DNA of 63,838 nucleotides, counting the filler, from a bacterium (GTDB lineage: Bacteria; UBA9089; CG2-30-40-21; SBAY01): the NCBI GenBank assembly GCA_040757115.1. It is 15 parts of 15 records of this genome, joined end to end, with 100 filler letters (N's around TTAATTAATTAA, not from the genome) between each part and the next. Parts side by side here need not be neighbours in the genome. Positions count along the whole stretch, not along the records: positions 17,517 to 42,299 come from JBFLYA010000037.1; positions 42,400 to 45,156 come from JBFLYA010000369.1; positions 45,257 to 48,009 come from JBFLYA010000370.1; positions 48,110 to 50,708 come from JBFLYA010000373.1; positions 50,809 to 53,378 come from JBFLYA010000374.1; 10 more parts are not named here. One strand, written 5' to 3'. Both the position numbers and the translations under genes were made by a program. Every line of letters begins with the position of its first letter. The stretch's first letter is position 1. The notes beneath the pieces were generated by a model. The model saw nothing but the letters and a program-made list of their open reading frames with translations. It was not told the DNA's origin and did not search any database. Below, piece after piece: positions 41,435 to 52,193 of this stretch.

Positions 41435-41904
41435 GTAACCATTCAGCCACAGAGTTCACAGAGAATTAGAAAAATTAGCCACAAATGGACACGAATTAAC
41501 CTCTGACATTCGATAAATGTAGTGCGAACCTTTAGGTTCGCTTTCCTGCTTGCCAGAAGCGAGGCTAATGGTTTTTGCAAAATTAACTTCCACTTTTCTG
41601 GAATACCATAAAATAAATTAAAAATCAAACATCAAAATGTAAAATTACAAATCAAAAATCAAAATATTCTCCAGCTACTTTGTTAATTTACAAGTATTTT
41701 TGCATTTTGCATTGTAATTTTGATATTTGCATTTTGATATTTACATTAAAGTTCTTCTTGCTATCGCTCTCCCCAAAAGAGGAACCTATTTATGAAAAAG
41801 CAATAAGCCTCGCACTACAAATCTTTTTATTATGCGTGTTTATTCGTGGTTATATATTCCCTCTGTGTTCTCTGTGACTCTGTGGCTATATCTTGAACGG
41901 TTAC
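41435..41904 (+). mobile_element. Composite MITE with a nested TGTAGTGCGA...TCGCACTACA element (41518-41819)
   Basis: GTAACCATTCA...TGAACGGTTAC; 8-bp direct repeat AATTTCGC on both flanks; inner block 41681-41807 repeated at 17517-17643. Confidence 0.85.
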
Positions 41905-42022
41905 AATTTCGCGTAATTATTGGAAGATTGGTTAAAGTATTTCCTTTAACCTTCGTGTCTTATAGCGGTTATTAACTGGAAGTTTACATAGGATAATACC
42001 CATAAATAAGGCATAAAAATAA

Positions 42023-42145
42023 TCGTTCCGTTAGGAACATAATATCGGTAGGAATAGATAGACAAATCAATCAGTTCCGTAGGAACGATATATTGGTAGA
42101 AAATTTATGGAAAGCCATTTACCGATATATTGTCCCTATGGGACA
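42023..42145. repeat. REP-like palindrome cluster
   Basis: GTTCCGTTAGGAAC, GTTCCGTAGGAAC and TGTCCCTATGGGACA hairpins with shared ATAT..GGTAG tails. Confidence 0.55.
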
Positions 42146-42399
42146 TTAAATGAAGGATGAGGTAGAATTTTCGGTGGTGTCTGAAAATAACTCTAATAGT
42201 GAAATCTATGCAGATTTGGTGTCCAAAAGGGATTTCCTCCAAAGAGCAAAATGCAAAACTCGTTTATAGTTTATGGTTTATAGTGTATAGTTTATAGTGN
42301 NNNNNNNNNNNNNNNNNNNNNNNNNNNNNNNNNNNNNNNNNNNTTAATTAATTAANNNNNNNNNNNNNNNNNNNNNNNNNNNNNNNNNNNNNNNNNNNN

Positions 42400-44227
42400 A
42401 GCCTGTAACCGTCCCGGGTAAAAACTCAAATTCATCACCATATTTCTGTGTAAAACATACTACCACCCCACCTTCCTCAACATATTTCCGTAACCTCCAT
42501 TCCAATATTTCAGAGGTATCTACACCGCTTAATCCATAGCTCGGAATGACCAGCACCTTGAAGTCGGATAACTTGCGAGGGATGATGGACGAGGGATGAG
42601 GGATGAAGGACGGAAGAGGAGGGACGAGGGATGAAAGAGGAAGTGACTTTTGGAGTCCAGGCTTTAGCCTTTCATTCGCAGCATTGGGCATTTGGATTTG
42701 ATTTGACATTTGGAATTTGGATTTTGGAATTTGTTTGTAATTTGGAATTTGTGATTTGGAATTTTCCTCGATGGAGGATGGTAACGGTTCAAGGTCACGA
42801 TCGATAAACCAGACCGGCTCTTTAAACCGTCCTAAAAGATGTGCTACACCATCTACAAATCCATTCAAATACACCCCAACCTCTGCCTCAGAATCTATCT
42901 TTGCCGGTGTTGGGTACCGTGGGTCTGAAATATCATAGGATTCATCCGGATGGTCAGTGACAATATTCTGACCATTGGCATACTGGATAGCAGAACTTTC
43001 TACACCTTCTATATCAACAATAATATAATGGATAAGATTATCATCAGGAATAAGTTCTTCACCTGAAGTAACCACAAAACAGGTAGAATCTTCTCCTTTA
43101 GCTGGTATCTCTAAGGTAGAAGCAGGATATTCAGTTATACTCAGACACTTTGATGCCTTAATAAGAATCATTGTTATGTTAGCTATTTTAGACTCGTTGG
43201 TATTATTTGTGATGGTGATGTAGTGTGTATGTGATTCGTATGGCTCTGTAAAATTCTCCCAGGCGGGGTAAATAGAGACAATAAAATTTTCTTTAACTTC
43301 AAAAGTCAATCTATAATCATCTTCAGGACTTTCATCTTCTTGTCCATCCTCATCGCCATCCAGAGTATTTCCATCACTATCTTCTGCTGTTCCTAAAATG
43401 GTAACGGTATAATTCTCAGCATCAAAATCCTGTGATGGATTAAAAGTAAAAGTCCTATTATTATTACTCCAACTAAACTCTCCTTGAATATCAGGATAGA
43501 TACGAAAAGCGTTCTCAACAGAAGTGGTATTCATTGGCTTACTGAAGTTTATTACAATATTTGTATCTATTCCTACACCTGTAGCTTCATTCTCTGGAGT
43601 AGTCGAAGTTACACGGGCGTCTGGGATATGATAAAAATGAGCTATTGGAAAAGGATCAGGAAAATACCAGCTTAAAGATTTATGGTATCGATTTTTATTA
43701 TGAGCATTTAGAATTATGTTATTCCCACTTCCTCCACTTACTATCACTGCATGACTATATGTATCATTAGAATTTCCAAAGATAATTACATCACCAGTGG
43801 TTAAGTTATCAGGTGGTGAACCACTGTCCCTTATAAAACTGTATTCAACATATTGATTATTAACCAGGTGTTGATGTAAATTATCACAATAAGGAATAGT
43901 AGCATCTATCCACTGATTATTAATATGTCTTTTCCCATAGCATCCAGGACCAGCAGTTAAATCAAGACCACCTTCAATTAAACATTGGGAAACAAAATTG
44001 GCACAATCTCCACCTGAATCATTATAATTTTTATAGTAGGAATTTGGATCATGGTTAGGATTATCTAAATCAGGATTATTATAGCCCCAAACATTATAAT
44101 CATCTTCGTCTGGTCCCCAATAAGTATTTCCATAAGTAGACACCTCATTTCGATTAAAAGATAATACAGTTGTAGCAATCATTAGACAAACAGAGAAAGT
44201 TATAAATATAAAATGTATCCTTTTCAT
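42400..44227 (-). CDS. Secreted protein: Amidase_6-type papain-like domain plus SbsA/Big_5 Ig domain (3' truncated)
   Basis: GGDCANFVSQCLIEGG...GDVIIFG...HAVIV...NAHNKNR; VTSTTPENEA...INFSKPMN...DSDGNTLDGD. Confidence 0.8.
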
Positions 44228-45132
44228 TTTTTACTCCCTTCAATTCCTAATCTTTTCAATATCCTATTGGCTATATACTGGATATTTTGGTCTTCGTCTT
44301 TACTTAACTCCTTTATAACTGATATGGCTTTTTCATTACCAATTTCCCCAAGATCCCGTAAGGCTTTATACCGTATTGTTTTTTTAGTCTTATCTATAAC
44401 TTTTTTTAATTCATCACTTGTAAAATCTCCATATCCTGATAAATCGATACTCCACTTATCCATATTCTCTCCTTTAGCAAGACTAATTAACACAGGTAAT
44501 GACTTTGTCTTCTCTCCAAGAGCAACTAATACTTTAGCTACAGTGGAACAGACTAATATATCCTTATCTTCTAATGCTTCTATTAAAGAAGGAATAGCTG
44601 ATTTGTTTCCTATTTGTCCTAATGCTTCAGCAGAGTCTCTTCGAGCCTCTGCACTTCGAGCTCCAGTAGTTTTATAATTTTTTAACACTTCAATTAATAC
44701 TGGTATTGCTTTCGGATCTCTTGAGAGTCCTACATAAGTAATACTCATATCTTCATGAGTCAGAGGATATAAAGTTTCCTCCTTCATTTTTGTCTTTATC
44801 TCTTTAATTATTTTAGGGATTTCGAGTAAATCTACTTTATCCTCTATTAACCCTAATCTGAACTCGACCTCTTTTTCTATTTTTTCTTTTGATACTCCTT
44901 CCATCCTACATTCTTCTCTTAATTTTTCTCTTATTTCTGCTCGTCTTTTTTCTAATGCCTTTTGTCTATCTACTATTTTACTTTCATTCTTTCCTTGTTC
45001 CTCTAGTGTAGTTTCTTTCACTTGACTTTTTTCTTTAGCTGGTTCCCCACCCATAGCTTGTAACACTGTACCTCCCCCAATCACCATACTTAAAACCACT
45101 AAAAACCCTAATACTTTTTTTACTTTAAACAT
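44224..45132 (-). CDS. Exported HEAT-repeat protein
   Basis: N-terminal signal/TM; RRDSAEALGQIGNKSAIPSLIEALEDKD; 4-bp ATGA overlap with the amidase gene. Confidence 0.85.
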   Translation of the reverse strand: MFKVKKVLGFLVVLSMVIGGGTVLQAMGGEPAKEKSQVKETTLEEQGKNESKIVDRQKALEKRRAEIREKLREECRMEGVSKEKIEKEVEFRLGLIEDKVDLLEIPKIIKEIKTKMKEETLYPLTHEDMSITYVGLSRDPKAIPVLIEVLKNYKTTGARSAEARRDSAEALGQIGNKSAIPSLIEALEDKDILVCSTVAKVLVALGEKTKSLPVLISLAKGENMDKWSIDLSGYGDFTSDELKKVIDKTKKTIRYKALRDLGEIGNEKAISVIKELSKDEDQNIQYIANRILKRLGIEGSKK

Positions 45133-45453
45133 CTTTCAAACACCTCCTAAAATTTTNNNNNNNNNNNNNNNNNNNNNNNNNNNNNNNNNNNNNNNNNNNN
45201 TTAATTAATTAANNNNNNNNNNNNNNNNNNNNNNNNNNNNNNNNNNNNNNNNNNNNATATTAAAAATCAAAAATAAGAATAAAAGAATTCCTTAATTTTG
45301 ATATTTGCTCTTTGATTTTTGATATGATATTTGATATGTCATTTTGCATTTTAATATTTAATTTTTGATTTTGTATTACACAAAAGGTAAGGGAAGAATA
45401 ATAATTTTAAACCTACCTGCACAGGATAAAATCTCCATTAAATTTACTATTTC

Positions 45454-45544
45454 GCATAACGCCTGGTGGGTATCTGAAGTCCGAGCGAAGTGAGGATTTG
45501 GGCGGAGGTGCGAAGCACCGAAGCCAGATACCCGTCTGTTATAT
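45454..45544 (-). other. attC-like recombination site (91 bp)
   Basis: GCATAAC...GGGTATCTG/CAGATACCC stem...GTTATAT. Confidence 0.6.
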
Positions 45545-45629
45545 GACCTCGCCGAAGGCGAGGCAAGGAAACCGAAGGTTTCCGCAGAGTTCCGCACCCC
45601 ACTCATTCTTTTACTTTGCACTCATCTCC

Positions 45630-46121
45630 TTATATTTGTGGTTCTACCAAACATTTCTCAAAATCGACAACAAGATATTTTTTGCCTTTTTGGATTACTT
45701 TATGTCCCTCCTTTTCTAAAAGTTTCTTTTGACTTTCGATTCCACCAGGATATTTTTCATTTATTATCCCATCAACTTTTAATGTTCGCCAATAAGGAGT
45801 GGTATTTTTTTCTCCTTTACTTATTGACTCTGTTGCTGCTTCAGCGGCAATTCGAGCAAAAATCCCAGTGGTCATTGGACAAGCAATTGTGGTATTGTGT
45901 TTTTTTGCAAGAGCGTTTCGAATTTCATTAATTGTAACAATCTTTCCATTAGGAACCTCTCTCATAATTTCATCAACTTCAATTGGCGCCGGGATTACCA
46001 TTGTATCACCAATTTTTTTCGTTCCCCATTTACCGACCATTTTTGGCGGTATTTTTATTGTTTTCGGAAGCCCTTTGCTATCCTCCAATTTTTCTTTCCA
46101 GGATTTGCGTTTTTTAGACAT
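45630..46121 (-). CDS. MGMT/alkyltransferase-like DNA-binding protein (cassette)
   Basis: VPNGKIVTI...PYWRTLK, the family's PxxR motif without the catalytic Cys. Confidence 0.75.
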   Translation of the reverse strand: MSKKRKSWKEKLEDSKGLPKTIKIPPKMVGKWGTKKIGDTMVIPAPIEVDEIMREVPNGKIVTINEIRNALAKKHNTTIACPMTTGIFARIAAEAATESISKGEKNTTPYWRTLKVDGIINEKYPGGIESQKKLLEKEGHKVIQKGKKYLVVDFEKCLVEPQI

Positions 46122-46194
46122 ATTTTTCACCTCTATATAGATTATCTTTGACCTTTAAATATTCTCCTTTCCCCAAGCAAGGGTTCGGAATTTC

Positions 46195-46540
46195 ATATAA
46201 CGGGGTGCGGATGAGCGAAGTGCCCCGAAAGGGGCATAGGTTCGACAGGCTCACTATAAGTTTTGGCTTCAGCCCCGACCCGCAAGCGCGCCCCACCCTG
46301 TGTGTTCCCCCGCCACCGCTGCTGATAGCCAAAATGACGCTTCGCCACTTCCGATTTCAAGAAAAACTTCCGAACTACATCTGGCTGAAGCCTTTGGCTC
46401 ATCTGTATCCCAATAACCAAAATGCGAACTCAAAGGGTTCGAGCGAAGCGTCATTTTGGTTATCGTGTTGCGGATAAAAGAAGTTAGCCGGTAGGTGAAT
46501 TTGGGGAAATCTTTGATTTCCCTTTTATCCGCTGTTAGCT
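46195..46540 (-). other. Giant attC-like structured element, copy 1
   Basis: ATATAAC...GTTAGCT ends; internal stems A/A', B/B', C/C'; homologous to 47488-47839. Confidence 0.65.
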
Positions 46541-46549
46541 GAACCACCT

Positions 46550-47470
46550 TCAACTCGTACCAAACCGATTCCGGAGCGGAAAGTATATGATCCCCTCTTG
46601 CGCAGCCTTTTGAATCTTGAGATCTAATGCATCGATGAGAGAAATATGGCCCTCTAGAATTAAGCTCAAGTCTGAACCATCAAACAATACTATGTTGGAG
46701 CTGACCCCTCGAGTAAACTCCGAGATGACTTCTGGTCGAAAGCCAACGATGGAGAAGAAAATACCTCTTGTACTCTCTAGCTTTTTGTCGACTTTCGTCT
46801 TGAAAGCAGCGAGGTCTGCTTCTGAAGGAGGCTCGGCTCGCCATCTGGCCTCGACGAGATAATCAAAACCCTTGAATTCGAAGTAGCCATCGATCTGCTC
46901 CGTGGCCGTCCGATAGGGGCGGCGGTAAGAAATTTCATGCGCCTCAAAGAGCTCAGCAAGGATGTCCTCAAGCCCATAGCCTCGCTTTTGCGGATCATCT
47001 CGACTCATAACCATAGAGGCAAACGTGTTTCGTAGCTCCTCCATTTTCTGTGCTCTGGCTGCGAGCGCAGCCTGCTTACGGCGGGCTTCCTGTGCCCTTT
47101 GATCTGCAGCGCTCTTTTCTTCTTCAGCGACAAGTTTCTGTGTAATGGCAAGCTCCTTTAACCACTTTAAAGCCTTTAGCGCAGCATTTCGATCCGGAAC
47201 CGATTCGTCAGGTACATTCCGAAGATTGCAAAGCTCTGACACAATCCTCCGCTGGATCAGAAAACCCTCTTCATCTAAGGCTTCCAATTCAGCAAGGATG
47301 TGTCTAATAATCTTGTATTTGGATTCATGAGCGAAGCGGTCATAGATCTCAGGTGGCACGCCAGCGGATAGGAGAAAGGAACGGAAGGGATCCTTCAACC
47401 AAAATGCCTTCCCACATACCTGTACAATAGCCTCTTTTATTTCGAATGGGAGACGGTTTATCATTAACAT
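46550..47470 (-). CDS. Mrr-like (PD-(D/E)XK) restriction endonuclease domain protein (cassette)
   Basis: RGYGLEDIL...EQIDGYFEFKGFDYLVEARW...GIFFSIVGF; visibly GC-richer than the host; start moved to ATG 47470, since the longer ORF runs into the repeat. Confidence 0.78.
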   Translation of the reverse strand: MLMINRLPFEIKEAIVQVCGKAFWLKDPFRSFLLSAGVPPEIYDRFAHESKYKIIRHILAELEALDEEGFLIQRRIVSELCNLRNVPDESVPDRNAALKALKWLKELAITQKLVAEEEKSAADQRAQEARRKQAALAARAQKMEELRNTFASMVMSRDDPQKRGYGLEDILAELFEAHEISYRRPYRTATEQIDGYFEFKGFDYLVEARWRAEPPSEADLAAFKTKVDKKLESTRGIFFSIVGFRPEVISEFTRGVSSNIVLFDGSDLSLILEGHISLIDALDLKIQKAAQEGIIYFPLRNRFGTS

Positions 47471-47487
47471 ACCTACCTTTGCGGTTC

Positions 47488-47839
47488 GTCTAACGGGATG
47501 CGGATGAGCGAACTGCCCCTTTAGGGGCATAGGTTCGACAGGCTCACTACAAGTTTTGGCTTCAGCCCCGATCCACTTCGTGCGACCCACCCTGTAGGTT
47601 CCCCGGCGCCGCTGATAGCCGAAGTGACGCTTCGCAACTTCCCTTTTTCAAAGATTCCCTTTGAGTTACATAAAGCTTCCGCCTTTCGCTCATCCGCATC
47701 CCCGACCCGCCTGAGGCGGGTGCCCCGCAAAATGGAGCGAAGCGACATTTTGGTTATCGGTTTTGTGTATCTGACATTTTTCTGGTGCATAGCGGAAGAA
47801 AAATGGGGCTGTAGCCCTTTTAGATACACAATGTTAGGC
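47488..47839 (-). other. Giant attC-like structured element, copy 2
   Basis: GTCTAAC...GTTAGGC ends; same stem order as copy 1 with a different C/C' sequence. Confidence 0.65.
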
Positions 47840-48288
47840 GAAGTCTCGATCATTTATTCCCCAAAAAACCAAATTTTGTTTACATGACAAACATGACATT
47901 AAAACCTATTTTTTGTCATTATTGTCATTTTCTACTTTAAATAATCTTATATAAGCTCGAAACATCTTATCTGTAACCTCATACTTCCCCCTCTCTACTT
48001 TACTTAATANNNNNNNNNNNNNNNNNNNNNNNNNNNNNNNNNNNNNNNNNNNNTTAATTAATTAANNNNNNNNNNNNNNNNNNNNNNNNNNNNNNNNNNN
48101 NNNNNNNNNCTAATAATTAATTTTTTAATTTTATTTTCAACCCCCACCCCCCAATCTTGGGGGCTTTAATAAGGAATTAGGATTGTGGCATTCAAAATGA
48201 CCAACAATATATATTATACGAGGACGATGAAAATAGGGAGGGAACACACCCCTAACCCCTCTCAAGAGGGGAATACAACCCCCTGACC

Positions 48289-49751
48289 CAACGGCACTGA
48301 CTTAAGAAAAAATTAAATAAAAGACCTCCAAATGTCGATTAAGTATAATAGATAAAATTAACCTAATAGACAAAGGAGGTCTCAGATGAAACTATCTAAA
48401 AGTAATATCGACAAAAGGAGAAGAAAACTTAAAGCATTAAGAGAAAAATTAGTATCCACTCAGCTAAATGGAATACGAGAATTACTAACGAACAAAACAA
48501 TCGAAGGGATATGTAAGGAATGTGAGTATTATTTTAGAGAACGGCTTTTAACACCTGTAGTTACGATTTTTCACATGATAGGAGCAGGGATAAGTCGTGA
48601 GGGAAGTTTTCAGAGTGCATGGCATAATATAGGAGAGACAGGGAGATCAGATGCATTATCCAGAGCAAGGAAACGCTTACCATTAAAGGTATGGGAAGGG
48701 ATAGACAAGAAGGTAAGAAGAGATATGGGAGATGAATTCAGGGATAAGAGTTTATGGTGAGGGCATCGGGTAATAGGGATTGATGGAAGTTGTATATCCA
48801 TGGGAGATGAAGAGGAATTAGTTTCTGAGTTTGGGAGGAGTGAATTGCAGAATGGAGAGAATCGATTTCCTATAGGTAGGGTAGTATTTGGGTTTATGTT
48901 AAACACGATGGGATTGGTAGGGCATAAGGTAGGTTCATACAGAACGAGCGAGAATGCTCTTTTTGGGAAGTTAATGGAGGAACTTTTACCAGGGGATTTA
49001 ATTGTAGGAGATCGTCGTTTTGCCGGAGCAAAGTTATTTGTAGAATATAGACAGAAAGGGCTTGAGTTTATCATCAGAGCCCATCCAAGATTAAAGGTAG
49101 GATCATTAAAAGTAGTCAATATTTTGGGCAATAATGATTTGATAGTAGAGGTGCTTATCCCGAAGGTATATCGTCGTAAGGATCCTACCCTTCCAGAAGT
49201 AATTAATGTCCGAGCAATTAAGACAGAGGCAAAGATTCAGGGGAAGAAGGAAAGTTTTTGGTTAATGACATTTTGTTGGATAGTAAGAAATATCCTTCAG
49301 AGGAGATTAAATTATTGTACAAAAAGAGATGGAAAATGGAGGGATTAATTGAGGAGATAAAGATATGGTTGGGTGCGGATGTTTTAAGGTCAAAGACAAA
49401 AGAAGGGATTTATAAGGAGATGTAGCGAGGGTAATAGCTTACAATTTGGTTCATTGGTTAATGTTGAGAGCGGCTAAGAAACATAAAAAGGATGTAGGAA
49501 GGATCAGTTTTTCAGGGGCAATTAGATTAACAGCAGTGTATAGTATAAAGATAAGTGTAGCTCCTTTTTGGATGTTGCCATTACTTTATGAGGAATTACT
49601 TGAGAAAATAGGTTGTTCGGAGGTTCGATATCGGCAAATAGAAGTGAGCCGAGATTAAAGAAAGGTAGCCAAAAACGTTATCCAATGTTAAAAATATCTC
49701 GTGCAGAATGGAGGGATATCAATGGTCTCGTTGCTTAAGTCAGTGCCATTA
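48289..49751 (+). mobile_element. IS4-family insertion sequence with inactivated transposase
   Basis: Inverted ends CAACGGCACTGACTTAAG / CTTAAGTCAGTGCCATTA; VIGIDGS, LIVGDRRF, Y..RWKME motifs; stop at 48758 and later frameshifts. Confidence 0.88.
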
Positions 49752-49985
49752 ACCCCTACCCCCCCTTTGTTAAGGGGGAATAAACTTGCTTTTCATCGGT
49801 TCCTTGGTCTATAGTCTATGGTCTGTAGTCTATTTTCAGGAGAATCCCCCATTTCACTGACCCATTACTGAGAGGTTAAAATTTTAATTGACATAGCATG
49901 AAATCTTTGCTAAAATATACCTTAAGAAGTGAGTATAATAAAAATGAACAATTGACACCTGTATTCAATTCTTTATTCATTGTTC

Positions 49986-50319
49986 GTAACCGTTCAAGGT
50001 GTTAATGAAGGGAAAAGGGGAAATAATGGAAAAAGGGGAAATTTATTTTTATGTATAGGAATTTGAAAGTTGTTCTGCTCGTTCCCGCATTATAGTTTTT
50101 GCAAAAATAAGTTCCTTTTTTTTTAACGGAGTCCCAGATTTAGACGCTTCGCTTGATCTTCGATTCTGTGATACTGACAAAGCACACAATCTTCAATAAA
50201 CCTGTTCCTGACAGCTTCAGGAATTGAGGACTCCAAAAATTTAAAATGAAATTCTTTAATATTTTTCCCCTTTTCCCCCTACTTTTCCATTTTCCCTTAC
50301 TTACACCCTGAACGCTTAC
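49986..50319 (+). mobile_element. IS66-type-ended MITE with different cargo
   Basis: GTAACCGTTCA...TGAACGCTTAC; 8-bp direct repeat CATTGTTC on both flanks. Confidence 0.88.
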
Positions 50320-50377
50320 CATTGTTCGTTATTCGTTCTACAAATTACGAAACACGAATTCAAGGAGGAATAAAAAT

Positions 50378-50708
50378 ATGCAGTTTTTAGATGTAAAAAC
50401 AGACTTTGCCTTTAAAAAGGTATTTGGAAGCAAACAATCAAAAGATATACTTATAAACTTTATAAACTCAGTGGTTAAATTCAAAGATGGAAGCATTATT
50501 GAAGATTTAACCATAGTTGACCCATATCAGATACCGTTACTTAAAGGGATGAAGGATACCTATGTTGATGTCAAGGCAATGTTATCAGATGGTAGTGGCG
50601 TAATTATTGAGATGCAGATATTAAATTATGAAGGATTAGAAAAAAGGATTCTCTACAATGCGGCGAAGGCATATTCTACGCAACTTTTATGTGGTGATGA
50701 ATTTTATC
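50378..50708 (+). CDS. Rpn-family recombination-promoting nuclease / PD-(D/E)XK transposase-like protein (3' truncated)
   Basis: FLDVKTDFAFKKVFG...YVDVKA...IIEMQ...KRILYN. Confidence 0.9.
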
Positions 50709-50808
50709 NNNNNNNNNNNNNNNNNNNNNNNNNNNNNNNNNNNNNNNNNNNNTTAATTAATTAANNNNNNNNNNNNNNNNNNNNNNNNNNNNNNNNNNNN
50801 NNNNNNNN

Positions 50809-50934
50809 TGTTTCCCACAATCAATTTCTACCTATTTCTATAAATTTCAATCTATTTCTATTATCTTATCTCCATATCACCCTTATCTCCTTATCCCCTT
50901 TCTTACACTTTTGATATATAGCCTGAACGGTTAC
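50809..50934 (+). mobile_element. End of high-copy ~240-bp MITE
   Basis: Near-identical to 14630-14751. Confidence 0.8.
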
Positions 50935-51105
50935 CTATTTTTTATCCGCGAAATATCCGCAACATCCGCGTCATCAGCGTGCTATTAGTGGGTGAATAGA
51001 TACCTCTTTTTTACACAAGTTCTGCCATAATTAGATTAGCATTGTTGGTATTACCCCTCAAAATTTCATTGACATTTACCGCCTGAATATATATACTTAA
51101 TAAAT

Positions 51106-52170
51106 ATGAATAGAAGATATTCAAAACCTATTCGAGCAGGTAATCTTACAATCGGCGGAGATGCACCTATTTCAGTCCAATCAATGACCAAAACCAAAAC
51201 AAGTGATGTTAAAACAACGGTCAGGCAAATCAAGCAACTTGAAGATGTTGGTTGCGAAATTATTCGAGTTGGTGTGCCAGATATGGAATCAGCTAAGGTT
51301 TTAGGAGTGATTAAAAGACAAATTAGTATCCCTTTGGTTGCGGATATTCATTTTGATTATCGCCTGGCATTAGAGGCCATCGCTCAAGGGGTAGATAAAT
51401 TAAGGATTAATCCTGGGAATATCAAACAAACGGACAGGGTCGTCAAGATAGTTGAAAAGGCAAAAGAGAGAAATATCCCCATCCGAATTGGGGTAAATTC
51501 GGGTTCTGTTGATAGAAAAAAATTTGGCAAGGTAGGCGCAACAGCATTGGTTGAATCAGCCCTCCAGCATATTAAGATATTAGAAGATTTAGACTTCTTT
51601 GATATTGTTATTTCACTTAAAGCCACTGATGTGCCAATGACTATCGAGGCGTATCAATTGATGGCGACCAAAGTCGATTACCCCTTTCATATTGGCATAA
51701 CCGAATCAGGTCTTCCGTGGGCTGGAAGTATAAAATCAGCCGTCGGTATGGGTAGTCTACTTAGCCAGGGGTTAGGGGATACGATTAGAGTTTCTTTAAC
51801 CGCACAACCTATCGAGGAAGTAAAACTTGGTTATGAAATTTTAAAGGCATTACGGTTACGAGAGACAGGTCTGGAATTAATTTCCTGTCCTACCTGTGCC
51901 AGATGTGAAATAGATTTAATCAAGATTGCTAAACAGGTAGAAAAGGAGATTAAAAAATTAAAATTTAAAAAATTAAAATTTAAAATCGCCATTATGGGTT
52001 GTGTGGTCAATGGTCCAGGTGAAGCCGCTGACGCTGATATTGGCATTGCCGGGGGTAAAGGAATAGGATTAATATTTAAGAAAGGTAAAATTATAAAAAA
52101 GGTGCCGCAAACAGAGTTAGTTGAAACACTACTCTATGAGATTAAATTGATGAGAGATAGTTCACTTTAG
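51106..52170 (+). CDS. ispG: 4-hydroxy-3-methylbut-2-en-1-yl diphosphate synthase
   Basis: VQSMT, PLVADIHF, RINPGN, RIGVNSGS, SCPTCAR, MGCVVNGPGE. Confidence 0.97.
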   Translation: MNRRYSKPIRAGNLTIGGDAPISVQSMTKTKTSDVKTTVRQIKQLEDVGCEIIRVGVPDMESAKVLGVIKRQISIPLVADIHFDYRLALEAIAQGVDKLRINPGNIKQTDRVVKIVEKAKERNIPIRIGVNSGSVDRKKFGKVGATALVESALQHIKILEDLDFFDIVISLKATDVPMTIEAYQLMATKVDYPFHIGITESGLPWAGSIKSAVGMGSLLSQGLGDTIRVSLTAQPIEEVKLGYEILKALRLRETGLELISCPTCARCEIDLIKIAKQVEKEIKKLKFKKLKFKIAIMGCVVNGPGEAADADIGIAGGKGIGLIFKKGKIIKKVPQTELVETLLYEIKLMRDSSL

Positions 52171-52193
52171 GGTTAAAAAAGGGGTGCAGTTAC

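Noticed and set aside
46114-46553. Several overlapping short ORFs (also 47521-47887 and 45376-45719)
   Set aside because: They lie in GC-rich structured repeats and are open by chance; the N-terminal 40 aa of the 346-aa ORF are likewise repeat-derived.
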